Origin: Squalus acanthias
Lineage: Eukaryota
Length of the DNA: 64,000 nucleotides
Reading direction: 5' to 3'
Assembly: GCA_030390025.1 (NCBI GenBank)
Contig: CM059432.1
Coordinates: forward strand, 4,898,001 to 4,962,000
Shown: positions 26,443 to 38,775 of the stretch, one piece after another
Position numbering within the stretch: the stretch's first letter is position 1
Layout of the letters: every line of letters begins with the position of its first letter
The notes under the pieces: model-generated
The model's database searches: none
Seen by the model: the letters and a program-made list of their open reading frames with translations, nothing else
What the model was told of the DNA's origin: nothing
Translations under genes and position numbers: made by a program

Positions 26443-26714
26443 ATAACCCAATCGCGATATCGGGTTCATGTCACGATACAGAACGTGACTTGACATCATG
26501 GCCGGTCTTTCCAGGTGTTTTTTTGGGTTTTTTTTTAAAAGGCTAACACAAGAACACAAATTGACAGGATATGCAGCCAGCAGGTGGTTTGACACGTTGG
26601 ACCCCCTGGGACACATCTCATTGTCTTGGCTGTGCTCTTTGTTGTAGCGAATAATGTGAATAGATTTTGTCTGGGTTTAAATTGTGAATTCTGGGAGATT
26701 CTCTCATTGCTAAC

Positions 26715-26752
26715 TTACCTGACGAAGGAGCGACAGCTCCGAAAGCTTGTAA
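26715..26752 (+). ncRNA. Minimal hammerhead ribozyme motif (second Penelope family)
   Basis: TTAC-CTGACGA-A-GGAGC-GACA-GCTCC-GAA-AGCT-T-GTAA: stem I TTAC/GTAA, stem II of 5 bp, palindromic AGCT. Followed by AATAAA and the Penelope-type tail. Confidence 0.7.
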
Positions 26753-27309
26753 AATTAAATAAATCTGTTGGACTATAACCTGGTGTTGTGCGACTTCTCA
26801 TGATATGAGTAGCCCTCCTCCCCCCTTGTAGTCATTCATTGTAGGCTCGCCACTAAACTTGTTAACCTAGGTTGTGTGGCATATCCATGACAAGTAACAT
26901 TAGGTGGCCCCTACCATGATGAGCTGGCAGCAGCCACAACAGAGGGACTCCCCCTTCCCTCAGTAAAGCCACTTTTTTTTTTTTATTCGTTTATGGGATC
27001 AGGGCATCGCTGGCAATGCCAGCATTTATTGCCCATCCCTAGTTGCCCTCGAGAAGGTGGTGGTGAGCCGCCTTCTTGAACCGCTGCAGTCCGTGTGGTG
27101 ATGGTACTCCCACAGTGCTGTTAGGGAGGGAGTCCCAGGATTTTGACCCAGCGACGATGAAGGATCAGCGATATACTTCTAAGTCAGGATGGTGAGAGAC
27201 TTGGAGGGGAACTTGGGAGGTGGTGGTGTTCCCATGCGCCTGCTGCCCTTGCCCTTCTAGGTGGAAGAGGTCACGGGTTTGGGAGGTGCTGCCGAAGAAG
27301 CCTTGGCCA

Positions 27310-29100
27310 ATCGAACTGGGTCTGCTCTCTTGCAGTCTTCAGTTGCTGAATTTCCAACAGTTACCAGTTGCTCTCTCCCCTGCAGTTCTGCTTCCCTGTT
27401 CGGGAGTCCCAATAATTGACACAGCTGCTGTTTCCGCATCATTATTTCCCCAACTTGGGAAAATTATCAAGACAGTGCGGACTTGGGGGTCATTGAGAGC
27501 TGGGGGAATGGCTATTTCCAGACTGAAGTTGTAGAAATGGTGGCCCCTCCCTCCTGGGAAAAATCTTCATCATCCCTACCTTTGACCTCCTCTGATTGGA
27601 GAGATGACTTGGAGAAGGGGAAGCCTGCCAGTGGGAATTTAACTCGCTTTTTCTGTGACTGCAATTGGGAAGCGGTCATTGTTTCCTCCTTTGATGTGAC
27701 TTTAGCCTCCTCCAGTTTCCTAATTGGGCCTTTTTGATTTGCCTTGTTTGCTATTCTGCAGGTTTCTACTTTGCCGCATTGCTGACCCTCTTCCACGCTT
27801 TAGAGCTTTATAACTCCTTAACCTTTGCTTGGACTCTCCTACTCCTTTCTTCTATATCACTCAAATTTTCCTCAAGGAAGTTTTTTTCCAAAACCCAAGC
27901 CCTCAGTTCCTCAACTATGCTCTCATACTGTTGACCAAACTCGCTTATCTCCTCTGTCTGAAGACACTTCTTTTCCAGTCCTTGATTTCAACTTGGTTTG
28001 TGTTCTATCGAGCTTCTCTTGTTTTTCCCTACTTCTCTGTGTGACATTGCACACCTTTTCTATCTCAAGACTATTCTTCCTTACAGCAGTCTAGCTCCAT
28101 TTGAGTTCTCATTAATGCCTTCTGACTCTCTACACTATTTTTTTTTCCTCAGCTAGTCTTGGCTTGACTTCTTCTAGAAATGTTCCCTGGAGTAGAACTT
28201 CCCATGTTTTTTTAGGGCTAACTATCATCTTACCTCCTGTGTGGCTAGCTCTTTCTGGCTCAACTGTTGTGTGAACATCAGTGCTTTCCGGCTTAACTGA
28301 TGCCAAGTTCTAGCTCCTGCTGGGCTAGCTACTGTTTAAGCTCCTGCTAAGCTCTTTCTTTAGCCTGAGCCAAGTCCCCTGGTTATTCATTCGTAGATAT
28401 TCAAACCGGTTTAATATGTCCTGTTGTGCCACTAAATTTGCTTCATCCACCCTGGCTGCCATTTTCTTTTCTATTACCCACTCTTCTAAAGTATTCCTTG
28501 GAGCGAGTTCATGCATCAGATGGAGCTTTTCATCCCATGGTATTGGCAGGAACGTGATTCTGTCATTACAGGATTCTATTCCCCCTCAAACTTCAGGCTA
28601 GGGCTTTTAATTTCTAAGCTGCTTGTTGTAACTACCTCCACATCCAGTTTCACAGACAACTCTGCGGAGTACTAGTAATAATTTTTTATAGGCAGCTTCT
28701 GGCTTACCTAGCGCATCAATATATCAGCAAACAACAAAATTGCCCTTGATTTCCAGCTAGAATTTAATTCATTCAGTTATACTTATTTAGTTTGTGAATG
28801 ACTTATGAGGCACAAAATTAAATCATAGCTTAAAGAAAAAGGTTAATCCGATCTTAATAGCGCCCCCAAGAATCTTGGGAGATTCAAATCCTTGCCACAA
28901 GCCCCAAATAAATACAGGAACATTGGGATATAAACGCTACAAGAATATTTAACAAGGGCAGCAGATGAATCCTTAATCCTCCACCTTAACTCCTCCTGTA
29001 GGAACTATCTGGGTTAACCACCCAGTTTATGCCTAGGAGTGAATGAGGCCCAAGTCTGGCTCACCAAACTCTTAGATCAACCAGCTCGGAATATATATTA
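27310..29100 (-). pseudogene. Degenerate gag-like region and leader of an LTR retroelement/ERV
   Basis: Purine-rich, broken coiled-coil-like frames (e.g. QYESIVEELRAWVLEKNFLEENLSDIEERSRRVQAKVKEL; ORFs 28325-28516 and 27512-27796). Upstream are an Arg-tRNA-like PBS TGGTGAGCCAG (29056-29066) and an AG|GTAAGC donor (28702-28709). Confidence 0.4.
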
Positions 29101-29102
29101 GC

Positions 29103-32100
29103 ATAGAATCATAGAATGGTTACAGCACAGGAGGCCGCCATTCAGCCTGTGCCGGCTCTCTGCAAGAGCACCTCAGCTAGTCCCACTCCCCCGCCCTTTC
29201 CTGGTAGCCCTGCAAAAAATTTCCTTCAGGTACTTATCCAACTCCCTTTTGAAAGCCACGATTGAGTCTGCCTCCACCACCCTTTCAGGCAGTGCATTCC
29301 AGATCCTAACCACTCGCTACGTAAAAACATTTTTACATAGAAACATAGAAGATAGGAGCAGGAGTAGGCCATTCGGCCCCTCGAGCCTGCTCCGCCATTC
29401 GATGAGATCATGGCTGATCATCCAAACTCAGTACCCTGTACCTGCCTTCTCCCCATATCCCTTGATCCCTTTAGCTTTAAGAAATATATCTAACTCATTC
29501 TTGAATATATTTAATGACTTGGCCTCAACTACCTTCTGTGGTAGAGAATTCCACAGGTTCACCACTCTCTGGGTGAAGAAATTCTTCCTCATTTCTGTCC
29601 TAAATGGCTTACCCCTTATCCTTAGATTATGACCCCTGGTTCTGGACTCTCCAACCATCGGGAACATTCTACCTGCATCTAGTTTGTCCAGACCGGTCAG
29701 AATTTTATATGTTTCGATGAGATCCCCTCTCATTCTTCTATACTCCAGCGAGTATAAGCCCAATCTCTCCTCATATGTCATTCCTGCCATCCCAGGTATC
29801 AGCCTTGTGAATCTTCGCTGAACTCCTTCCATGGCAAGAACATCCTTCCTCAGATAAGGCGACCAAAACTGCACACAGTACTCAAGGTGTGGTCTCACCA
29901 AGGCCCTGTACAACTGCAGCAGGACATCCCTGTTCCTATACTCAAACCCTTTCGCTATGAAGGCCAACATACCATTTGCGTTCTTCACTGCCTGCTGCAC
30001 CTGCATGCTTACCTTCAGCGACTGGTGAACAACGACACCCAGGTTTCGTTGCACTTCCCCTTCTCCCAATCTATTGCCATTCAGATAATAGTCTGCCTTT
30101 CTGTTTTTGACACCAAAGTGGATAACCTCGCATTTATCCACGTTATATTGCATCTGCCACGCTTCTGCCCACTCACCCAACCTGTCCAAATCATCCTGGA
30201 GTTTCTCAGTATCCTCCTCGGAGCACACACGCCCACCCAGCTTTGTGTCATCTGCAAACTTGGAGATATTACATTTAGTTCCCTTATCCAGATCATTAAT
30301 GTATATTGTGACTAGCTGGGGTCCAAGGACCGATCCCTGCGGTACCCCACTAGTCACTGCCTTACACTCGGAAAAAGACTCATTAATTCCTACTCTCTGC
30401 TTTCTGTCCGCCAACCAGTTCTCTATCCAAGTCAATACATTGCCCCCAATCCCATGTGCCTTAACTTTACACGCTAATCTCTTATGCGGGACCTTATCGA
30501 AAGCCTTTTGAAAGTCCAAATACACCACATCTACTGGTTCTCCCTTATCTATTTTCCCAGTTACATCCTCAAAAAATTCCAGGAGATTAGTCAAGCACGA
30601 TTTACCTTTTGTAAATCCATGTTGACTTTTCCATATGTCTCCTTTGGTTCTTCTGCCAATCACCTTAAATCTGTGTCCTCTGTTTCTTGAACCTTCCACC
30701 AATGGGAACAGTTTCTCTCTATCTACTCTGTCCAGACCCCTCATGATTTTGAACACCTCTATCGAATCTCCTCTCAACCTTTCTGCTTGAAGGAGAACAA
30801 CCCCAGCTTCTCTAGTCTATCCATGTAACTGAAGTCCCTCATCCCTGGAATCATTCTCGTAAATCTTTTCTGCACCCTCTCTAAGGCCTTCACATCCTTC
30901 CTAAAGTGCGATGCCCAGAATTGGACACAATTCTCCAGTTGAGGCCGAACCAGTGTTTTATAAAGGTTCGTCATAACTTCCTTGCTTTTAAAAGAAAGAA
31001 AAAAAGTCTTGCATTTCTATAGCGCCTTTTACAACCACCGGACGTCTCAAAAGGGCTTTACAGCCAATGAAGTACTTTTGGAGTGTAGTCACTGTTGTAA
31101 TGTGGGAAACGCGGCAGCCAAATTGCGCACAGCAAGCTCCCACAAACAGCAATGTGATAGTGACCAGATAATCTGTTTTGTTATGTTGATTGAGGGAAAA
31201 TATTGGCCCAGGACATCAGGGATAACTCCCCTGCTCTTCTTCGAAATAGTACCATGGGATCTTTTACATCCACCTGAAAGCAGACGGTGCCTTGGTTCAA
31301 CGTCTCATCCGAAAGACGGCACCTCCGACAGTGCAGCACTCCCTCGGTACTGCACTGGAGTGTCAGCCTAGATTTATGTACTCAAAGTCCCTGGAGTGGG
31401 ACTTGAACCCACAACCTTCTGACTCAGAGGCGAGTGTGCTACCCAACTGAGCCACAGCGGACACTCCATATACTCTATGCCTCTATTTATGCAGCCCAGG
31501 ATCCCATATGCTTTTTTAACCACTTTCTCAACCTGCCCTGCCACCTTCAATGATTTGTGCACATATACCCCCAGGTCTCTCTGTTCATGCACCCCCTTTA
31601 GGATTGTACCCTTTAGTTTATATTGCCTCTCATCATTCTTCCTACCAAAATGTATCACTTCGCACTTTTCTGCGTTAAATTTCATCTGCCACATGTCCGC
31701 CCATTTCACCAGCCTGTCTATGTCCTCTCGAGATATCTGCGCTCCTCTAATTCTGCCCTCTTGAGCATCCCTGATTATAAATCGCTCAACCTTTGGTGGC
31801 CGTGCCTTCTGTTGCCTAGGCCCTAAGCTCTGGAATTCCCTGCCTAAACCTCTCCGCCTCTCTTTCCTCCTTTAAGACGCTCCTTAAAACCTACCTCGTT
31901 GACCAAGCTTTTGGTCACCTGTCCTGATTTATCCTCCTGTGGCTCGGTGTCAATTTTCTTGTCTTACAATACTCCTGTGCAGCGCCTTGGGACTTTTTAC
32001 TACGTTAAAGGCGCAATATAAATACAAGTTGTTGAAGTCTGTCACTATCCACTATACTTCCAAGTTTTGTGTCATCTGCAAATTTTGAAATTGTGCCCTG

Positions 32101-32310
32101 TGCTCCCAAGTCCAAGTCATTAATAGACATCAAGAAAAGCAGTGGTCCTAGTATTGACTCCTTGGGGAACACCACTGTATACCTTACTCTAGTCCGAAAA
32201 CAACCGTTCACCACTACTCGCTGTTTCCTGTCACTTAGCCAATTTCGTATCCATGCTGCCACTGTCCCTTTTATTCCACGGTCTTCAACTTTGCTGGCAA
32301 GCCTATTTAC
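29103..32310 (-). mobile_element. Nested CR1 cluster: young HER1-like RT fragment (about 29336-30626) inside an older CR1, plus a SacSINE1-like SINE (30995-31460) and an L2 tail (31730-32035, +)
   Basis: ORF 29428-30777 is chimeric: an old C-terminal piece fused to the RT of the younger copy. The flanking pieces resume on either side. Confidence 0.85.
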
Positions 32311-34339
32311 TCTCCCAATCTCCCTTCTTGTGGAAAGGAAGTCTGATGAGCCATTTCTTTCAACAGGGATAGAGAAGAACATGCGGTAGCAATGTAAAGA
32401 ATTTCCCAAACACTTGAAGCAGAGGAAAGTACCTGGTGTTGGTAATTGGGTCTTTGTTAAATTTGAATGTATAGCATCACATTGAGGAGGTCTTCTTTGC
32501 CCAACTGACTTTGCTGCCGAGAGCCCTCAAAATGAATTCCAAAAGAATGGTCATCCTTGAGTTGGCCCATAACTTTGAGATTCTGCCATAACTTGTCAGA
32601 CCTCTAACTTCCTTGCCAAACAGACCTTTGTTATTAAAATGCAGTTCAAGTAGCTTCAATCATAGCTCCACTGGGAGGTCAGAAATTCATAACCAATCAT
32701 GTCAGCATTAAGCACGTATTAAACAGGAACTCATACACTTAGCGCAAAAGGCATCAGCCATAACTTGCTGCTGCATCAAGGGACATTGGAAGTGCATTTA
32801 GTACAAGGCTTGGGTCAGTGCTCATCATGCCAAGCCTTACGCTCATTTAATATTGAAGATGCAATTTGTAAACCTGAACGTTTCCACCAAGCTCAGGTTA
32901 CAGATAGTATCAACTTCACGGACTACCCTCCTCCAAAACAAATGTTCTCACAGTAATTACCCCAGACTGCTGATCGTTGACCATCTGTAAAATTGTTTTT
33001 TGATAGACTCAGATGGAAAGCATTAAACAGTAAGTATAATGGTAATCTGGTCTTGATCAAAGTTACAGACTTAAATAGACTGACTTTTTAATCCTTTTCC
33101 AGTTTCTCCCCACTGTTCCTGAAGGCATCAATTCCCACTGGAATATGGGTCCACGAGTGCTGCCTTTTAAGTCTAGCCAACAATTGTCAGTAGCTTATTC
33201 ATCCAGGGCCCCTACCAGCAACCCTCACCAACTCCAAATAAACCAACAATCGGATCTGGGAACAGCCTGGTTCATAAGGCCTAATTTCACACTCATTAGT
33301 GTCCGTACCACGGGACCCAGCAGAGGAACAATTTATACTTTACTGAAATATTAGATTGCCGTCTCCCTTCTCACTGCACGTACATCTCAACTCCAAGTAG
33401 CAGTCAGCAATAATGAAAAGAAGAATGAAGCAGCAGGTGGGTTTCCATGTTAATGTATACAAGGGAAAGAAAAAGCTCCCACAGGATATTACATTGCAAC
33501 GAATGTGTCTGCTATTGGTGAGGTTGACAGCTCTGTTACATCACATGTGACCTGGCTGGCTAAACAGAAACATAATTAGTTTGTGTCATGAGGCACAATT
33601 AGCCCAGTGATCATCAGTGCTAATCTCAAGAGAATGCTAATAAATTCTACAACTTTTCTTTCTCAAGTCCATAGGCCATTTTTCCAACACCCAGGTTCTC
33701 TGACCAAAAAAGCCATCATAAGAACCTAAGAATGTAAGAATTAGGAGCCATATGACCCCTCGTGCCTGCTCCGCCATTCAATAAGATCATGGCTGATCTT
33801 CGACCTCAACTCCACTTTCCTGCACTATCCCCATATCCAGCGATTCCCCTAGAATCCAAAAATCTCTCTCAGCCTTGAATATACTCAACGGCTGAGCATC
33901 CACAGCCCTCTGGGGTAGAGAATTCCAAAGATTCACAACCCTCTGAGTGAAGAAATTCCTCCTCCTCGTAGTCTTAAATGGCCGACCCTTTATCCTAAGA
34001 GTATGCCCCCTAGTTCTAGACTCTCTAGCCAGGGAAACAACCTCTCAGCAACTACCCTGTCAATCCCCCTCAAAATCTTATATTTCAATGAGATCACCTC
34101 TCATTCTTCTAAACTCCATGAGCGTATAGGCCCAATCTATTCAAACTCATACCTGGTTAATAATTATAATTGCATTTATACAAAATTTCTGATGAATGGT
34201 AGGATACTGAGAAGTGTAGAGGAACAAGAGGGACCTTGGAGTACATGTCCACAGATCCCTGAAGGTAGCAGGCTATATTCCCTCTATGCTGCGCGGTAAA
34301 AGAAACGGTCTGCGCACTTGGCTCAGGCTCACAGCGGGG

Positions 34340-34560
34340 GGCTTTAATAACACAGCAGCACAGCCCCGGCCGAGAAAAGGATCCAATCGGGGAGAAGGGG
34401 CGGGGCCTCACCCGCCCTGACCAGCAGCCCGCTCCACCAATCAACACCCAAACTTCTGTGACTGGCGCCGACTCTAACCAATAGCAAGGGGCGGGGGAGG
34501 GTGGGTCCTGAGGATTCGCCAATAGCAGGTGAGAGGGGGCGGGTGCTGGATGACTTCCCC
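34340..34560. promoter_or_regulatory. CpG-rich promoter with four CCAAT boxes and three GC boxes (copy 2 at about 45708-45928)
   Basis: CCAAT at 34383, 34437, 34478 and 34519. GGGGCGGG at about 34397, 34488 and 34536. TATTAAA on the minus strand at 34343-34349. Confidence 0.65.
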
Positions 34561-36279
34561 CCCCCCCCATGCCTGAACCGCTCTCGGTCTGCGGGCCGGT
34601 AGGAGCGGTGTGTGTCCCATTGTGTGATAGAAGATGTTTGACAGGCCGGCAGATCCCCAGGCCGGAGCAGCAGGATGGAGAGCAGGAGGGAGGTGTTCAC
34701 CAGGGCAAATGGGACAGTACGCCGGCAAGACGCGAGCAGCGAGTGTAGCGTGCACAGTTAGTGAGTGTGCCCTTGCAGCGCTGTGGGACGTTCGGTTTCT
34801 CTGTAATACTGCCGTGTTCTAGCATTTAAGACTTGCCTCCCTCCCACCTCTTACTTCGGCATTGACTGATTATTAAAGCATAGTTTTTTAAAATAATTCA
34901 TAAAGACTTTTTGCACCGAACAAACTTTTATCACCAAGTTTAATGTGCACAGAATCTGCATTATTATCACATTGCCATTTGTGGGAGCTTGCTGTGCGCC
35001 AATTGGCTGCCGTGTTTCCCACATTACAACAGTGACTACACTCCAAAAAAGTACTTCATTGGCTGTAAAGCGCTTTGAGACGTCCGGTGGTCGTGAAAGG
35101 CGCTATAGAAATGCAAGTCTTTCTTTCTTTCATTAAAACTGTAATGAATAAATCCTGGGCCAAACACAAAAGCATGGTGAATACCCTTTGGTTCAACGGC
35201 AGCGGCTGACCATTAAACTCTGCTTAAACTCAAAGGTTAGTTAAATTACACAACCCCCTCTCTCCAAAATTCATGAATATTGCTGCTCTCCCTTACACCT
35301 TTGTACCGCTAGCTAGCGGCAGCTTTCAAATAAAGCAGTACTTTGTTATGCTGCTCGAGTGTGTTGCATTTCACAGAAAAGAGAAGGAAAAAGCCAGTAC
35401 AATTAAGGGTTCACCTGTCACGAATTATTATCGCCTTTCTCCACCAGCCTGACAACCGTGATTAAAAAAAAATTAAAAATGCCGTATCTAATTGCTTTTA
35501 TTTCGTAAACCGCTGGAAAGAAGAGAAAAAAAATAAGTTTCTGAAAATTGAGAGAGCTTAATGGCGCATGGATAGTCATTGTCAACATGCTCTGGTTAAT
35601 CTGCCTTTTGATTCCCTTGAGTCTGATTGAACTATGTATTTACATCCAGTGCCAGAGTGGATGCAACAACCAAATTGGACTGTTATAACCAGGGCTAGAA
35701 TTGGGGATGTGTTTCAATGGGGCTTCAATGCAATCAACGTGGAAATGTGAGTTGCCTCATCTTCCCCCAACTCCCTCCAACACCCAACAAAAAAAGTTAT
35801 ACAAAATAAACCAATCAAAATTTAGAAAAGCAAAGTAAAATCAGTTGGAAACAAGATAAAATTCATCAAAAGACAAAATAAACCCATCGAAAAAAAAAAA
35901 TTTAAAAAGCAAAAACAAAATAAAAACGGCCAAAAACAAGATAAAAACATCAAAAAAGCAAACTAAATCAAAAACAAAGCAAGTGCTAAATCAAAATTTA
36001 TATGGTTAAAGAATATTGGATAAAATATTTTATGTCCATTCCATTTGTATGTTTGTATGATATAAGTCTGCTGTTACAACTTTACTTTTCACTTATTGTG
36101 CAAGTTTGAGTGGGATTTAGAGACAAAAATAATGAAAACATAAGAAAATAAAAAGGAATACAGTAATTTGCCATAATGCAATTCTTAAAAAGTTCCCCAA
36201 CTCCCCCTGCCCATCATCCTGGGCCTGGAACCCCCGCCATACCCGAACTTGCCTTTGGGCTTGATAAAAGATATCAGAT

Positions 36280-37915
36280 AGAATCATAGAAATTTACAGC
36301 ACAGAAGGAGGCCACTCGGCCCATCTTGTCCGTGCTGGCCGACAAAGAGCTATCCACCCTAATCCCACTTTCCAGCTCTTGGTCTGTAGCCCTGCAGGTT
36401 ATGGCACTTCAAGTGTATATCCAAGTACTTTTTAAATGTGATGAGGGTTTCTGCCTCTACCACCCTTTCAGTCAGTGAGTTCCAGACCCCCACCACCCTC
36501 TGGGTGAAAAGATTTCTCCTCAACTCCCCTCTAAACCTTCTACCAATTACTTTAAATCTCTGCCCCCTGGATATCAACCCCTCTGCTAAAGGAAATAGGT
36601 CCTTCCTATCCACGCTATCTAGGCCTCTCAATTTTACACACCTCAATTAGGTCTCCCCTCAGCCTCCTCTGTTCCAAAGAAAACAACCCCAGCTTATCCA
36701 ATCTTTCCTCATAGCTAAAATTCCCCAGCCCAGGCAACATCCTCGTAACTCTCCTCTGCACCCCCTCTAATGCAATCACATCCTTCCTGTACTCTAGCTG
36801 TGGCCTAACTAGTGTTTTATACAGTTCAAGCATAACCACCCGGCTCTTCTATTCTATGCCTCGGCTAATAAAGGCAAGTATCCCGTATGCCTTCTTAACC
36901 ACCTTATCTACCTGTCCTGCTACCTTCAGGGATCTGTGGACATGCATTCCAACGTCCCTCTGATCCTCTGCACTTCTCAGTGTCCTACCATTTATTGTGT
37001 ATTCCCTTGCCTTGTTAGCCCTCCCCAAATGCATTACCTCACACTTCTCCGGATTGAATTCCATTTGCCACTGTTCTTCCCACCAGACCAGTGCATTGAT
37101 ATCTTCCTGCAGTCTACAGCTTTCTTCTTCATTATCAACCACACGGAAAATTTTTGTATCATCTGCAAACTTCTTAATCATACTTCCTACATTCAAGTCC
37201 AAATCATTGATATATACCACAAAAAGCAAAGGACCCAGTACTGAGCCCTGCGGAACCTCACTGGAAATAGCCTTCCAGTCACAAAGTCACCCTTCGACCA
37301 TTACCCTTTGTTTCCTGCCTCTGAGCCAATTTTGGATCCAACTTGCTACTTTGCCGTGGATCCCATGGGCTTTTACTTTCATGACCAGTCTGCCATGCGG
37401 GACCTTATCAAAAGCCTTACTAAAATCCATATAGGCTACATCAAACGCACTACCCTCATCGACCCTCCTTGTTACCTCCTCAAAAAATTCAATCAAGATC
37501 AATCATACAGCATAGGTGGAGGCCATTTGCCCAGTCGTGCTTGCGCCGGCTCTCTGGTAGAGCTATCCAATTAGTCCCATTCCACTGCTCTTTCGCCACA
37601 ACCCTGCAAATTTTTCCTTTTCAAATATTTATCCAATTCCCTTTTGAAAGTTAATATTGAATCTGCTTCCGCAGCCCGTTCAGGCAGTGCATTCCAGATC
37701 ACAACAACTCGCTGTGTTAAAAAAAAATTCTCATCTCTGGTTACCGACCCTCCCGCCAGTGGAAACAGTTTCTCCTCATTTACAAAACCCCTCAAAATTT
37801 TGAACACCTCTATTAAATCTCCTCTTAACCTTCTCTGCTCTAAGGAGAACAATCCCAGCTTCTTTAATCTCACCAGCTAACTGAAGTCACTCATCCCTGG
37901 TAAAATTCTAGTAAA
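36280..37915 (-). mobile_element. Two CR1 fragments inserted in the hAT element (copy 2 at about 47646-49281)
   Basis: ORFs 36359, 36615, 36849, 37287 and 37571 are RT or C-terminal pieces. Confidence 0.85.
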
Positions 37916-38775
37916 TTAATTGGCACAATGAACGATCAGAATTTTCTGTTGTTGTTGTTAACTGCCCATGGACAAAAATGTCGCACTCAGAGGAGTTTGT
38001 CGCCCGACCAGTACTAATAAAAATTAGAGGGAACATTGGTAGCAGGACAGGTAGATTAGGTGGTTAAGAAAGCATACGGGATATTTTCCTTTATTAGTTA
38101 AGGCATAGAAGGGAGGTTATGCTTGAACTGTTAGGCCACAGCTAGAGTACTGCATACAGATCTGGTCACCGCATTACAGGAAAGATGTGACTGCACGAGA
38201 GAGGGTACAGAGGAGATTTACGAGGATGTTGCCAGGACTGGAGAATTTTAGCTATGAGGAAAGATTGGATAGGCTGGGGTTGTTTTCTTTGGAACAGAGG
38301 AGAGATTTAATTGAGGTGTATAAAATTATGAGGGGCCTAAATAAAGTGGACAGGAAGGACCTATTTCGCTTAGCAGAGGGGTCAATAAACAGGGGGCATA
38401 GATTTAAAGTAATTGGTAGAAGAATTAGAGGAGAGTCTAGAAGAACTTTTTTCACCCAGCGAGTGGTAGGGGTCTGGAACTCCTCAGCACCTTCTGAAGG
38501 GCAATTAGGGATGGGCAATAAATGCTGGCTTTGCCAGCGATGCCCACATCCCAGGAACGAATATTTAAAAAAACTCATTGCCTGAAAGGGTGGTAGAGGC
38601 AGAAACACTCATCGTATTTAAAAAGTATTTGGATATGCACTTGAAGTGCCGTAACCTACAGGGCTACGGACCAGGAGCTGGGAAGTGGGATTACGCTGGA
38701 TAGCTCTTTTTCGGCTGGCACAGACACGATGGGCTGAATGGCCTCCTTCTGTGCCATAAATTTCTATGATTCTAT

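Larger units (their letters stand above)
34273..38038. mobile_element. Non-autonomous hAT-type DNA transposon (copy 1)
   Basis: TIRs CTATATTCCCTCTA / TAGAGGGAACATTG (12/14 match). Exact 8-bp TSD GTAGCAGG at 34265-34272 and 38039-38046. It splits a CR1 fragment that resumes in register. Confidence 0.85.

Noticed and set aside
29428..30777. 449-aa RT ORF as a novel rearranged protein
   Set aside because: It is a chance in-frame fusion from one CR1 nested in another.
35780..36000. A-rich stretch as a poly(A) tail or coding region
   Set aside because: Low-complexity sequence with no associated retrocopy or TSD.
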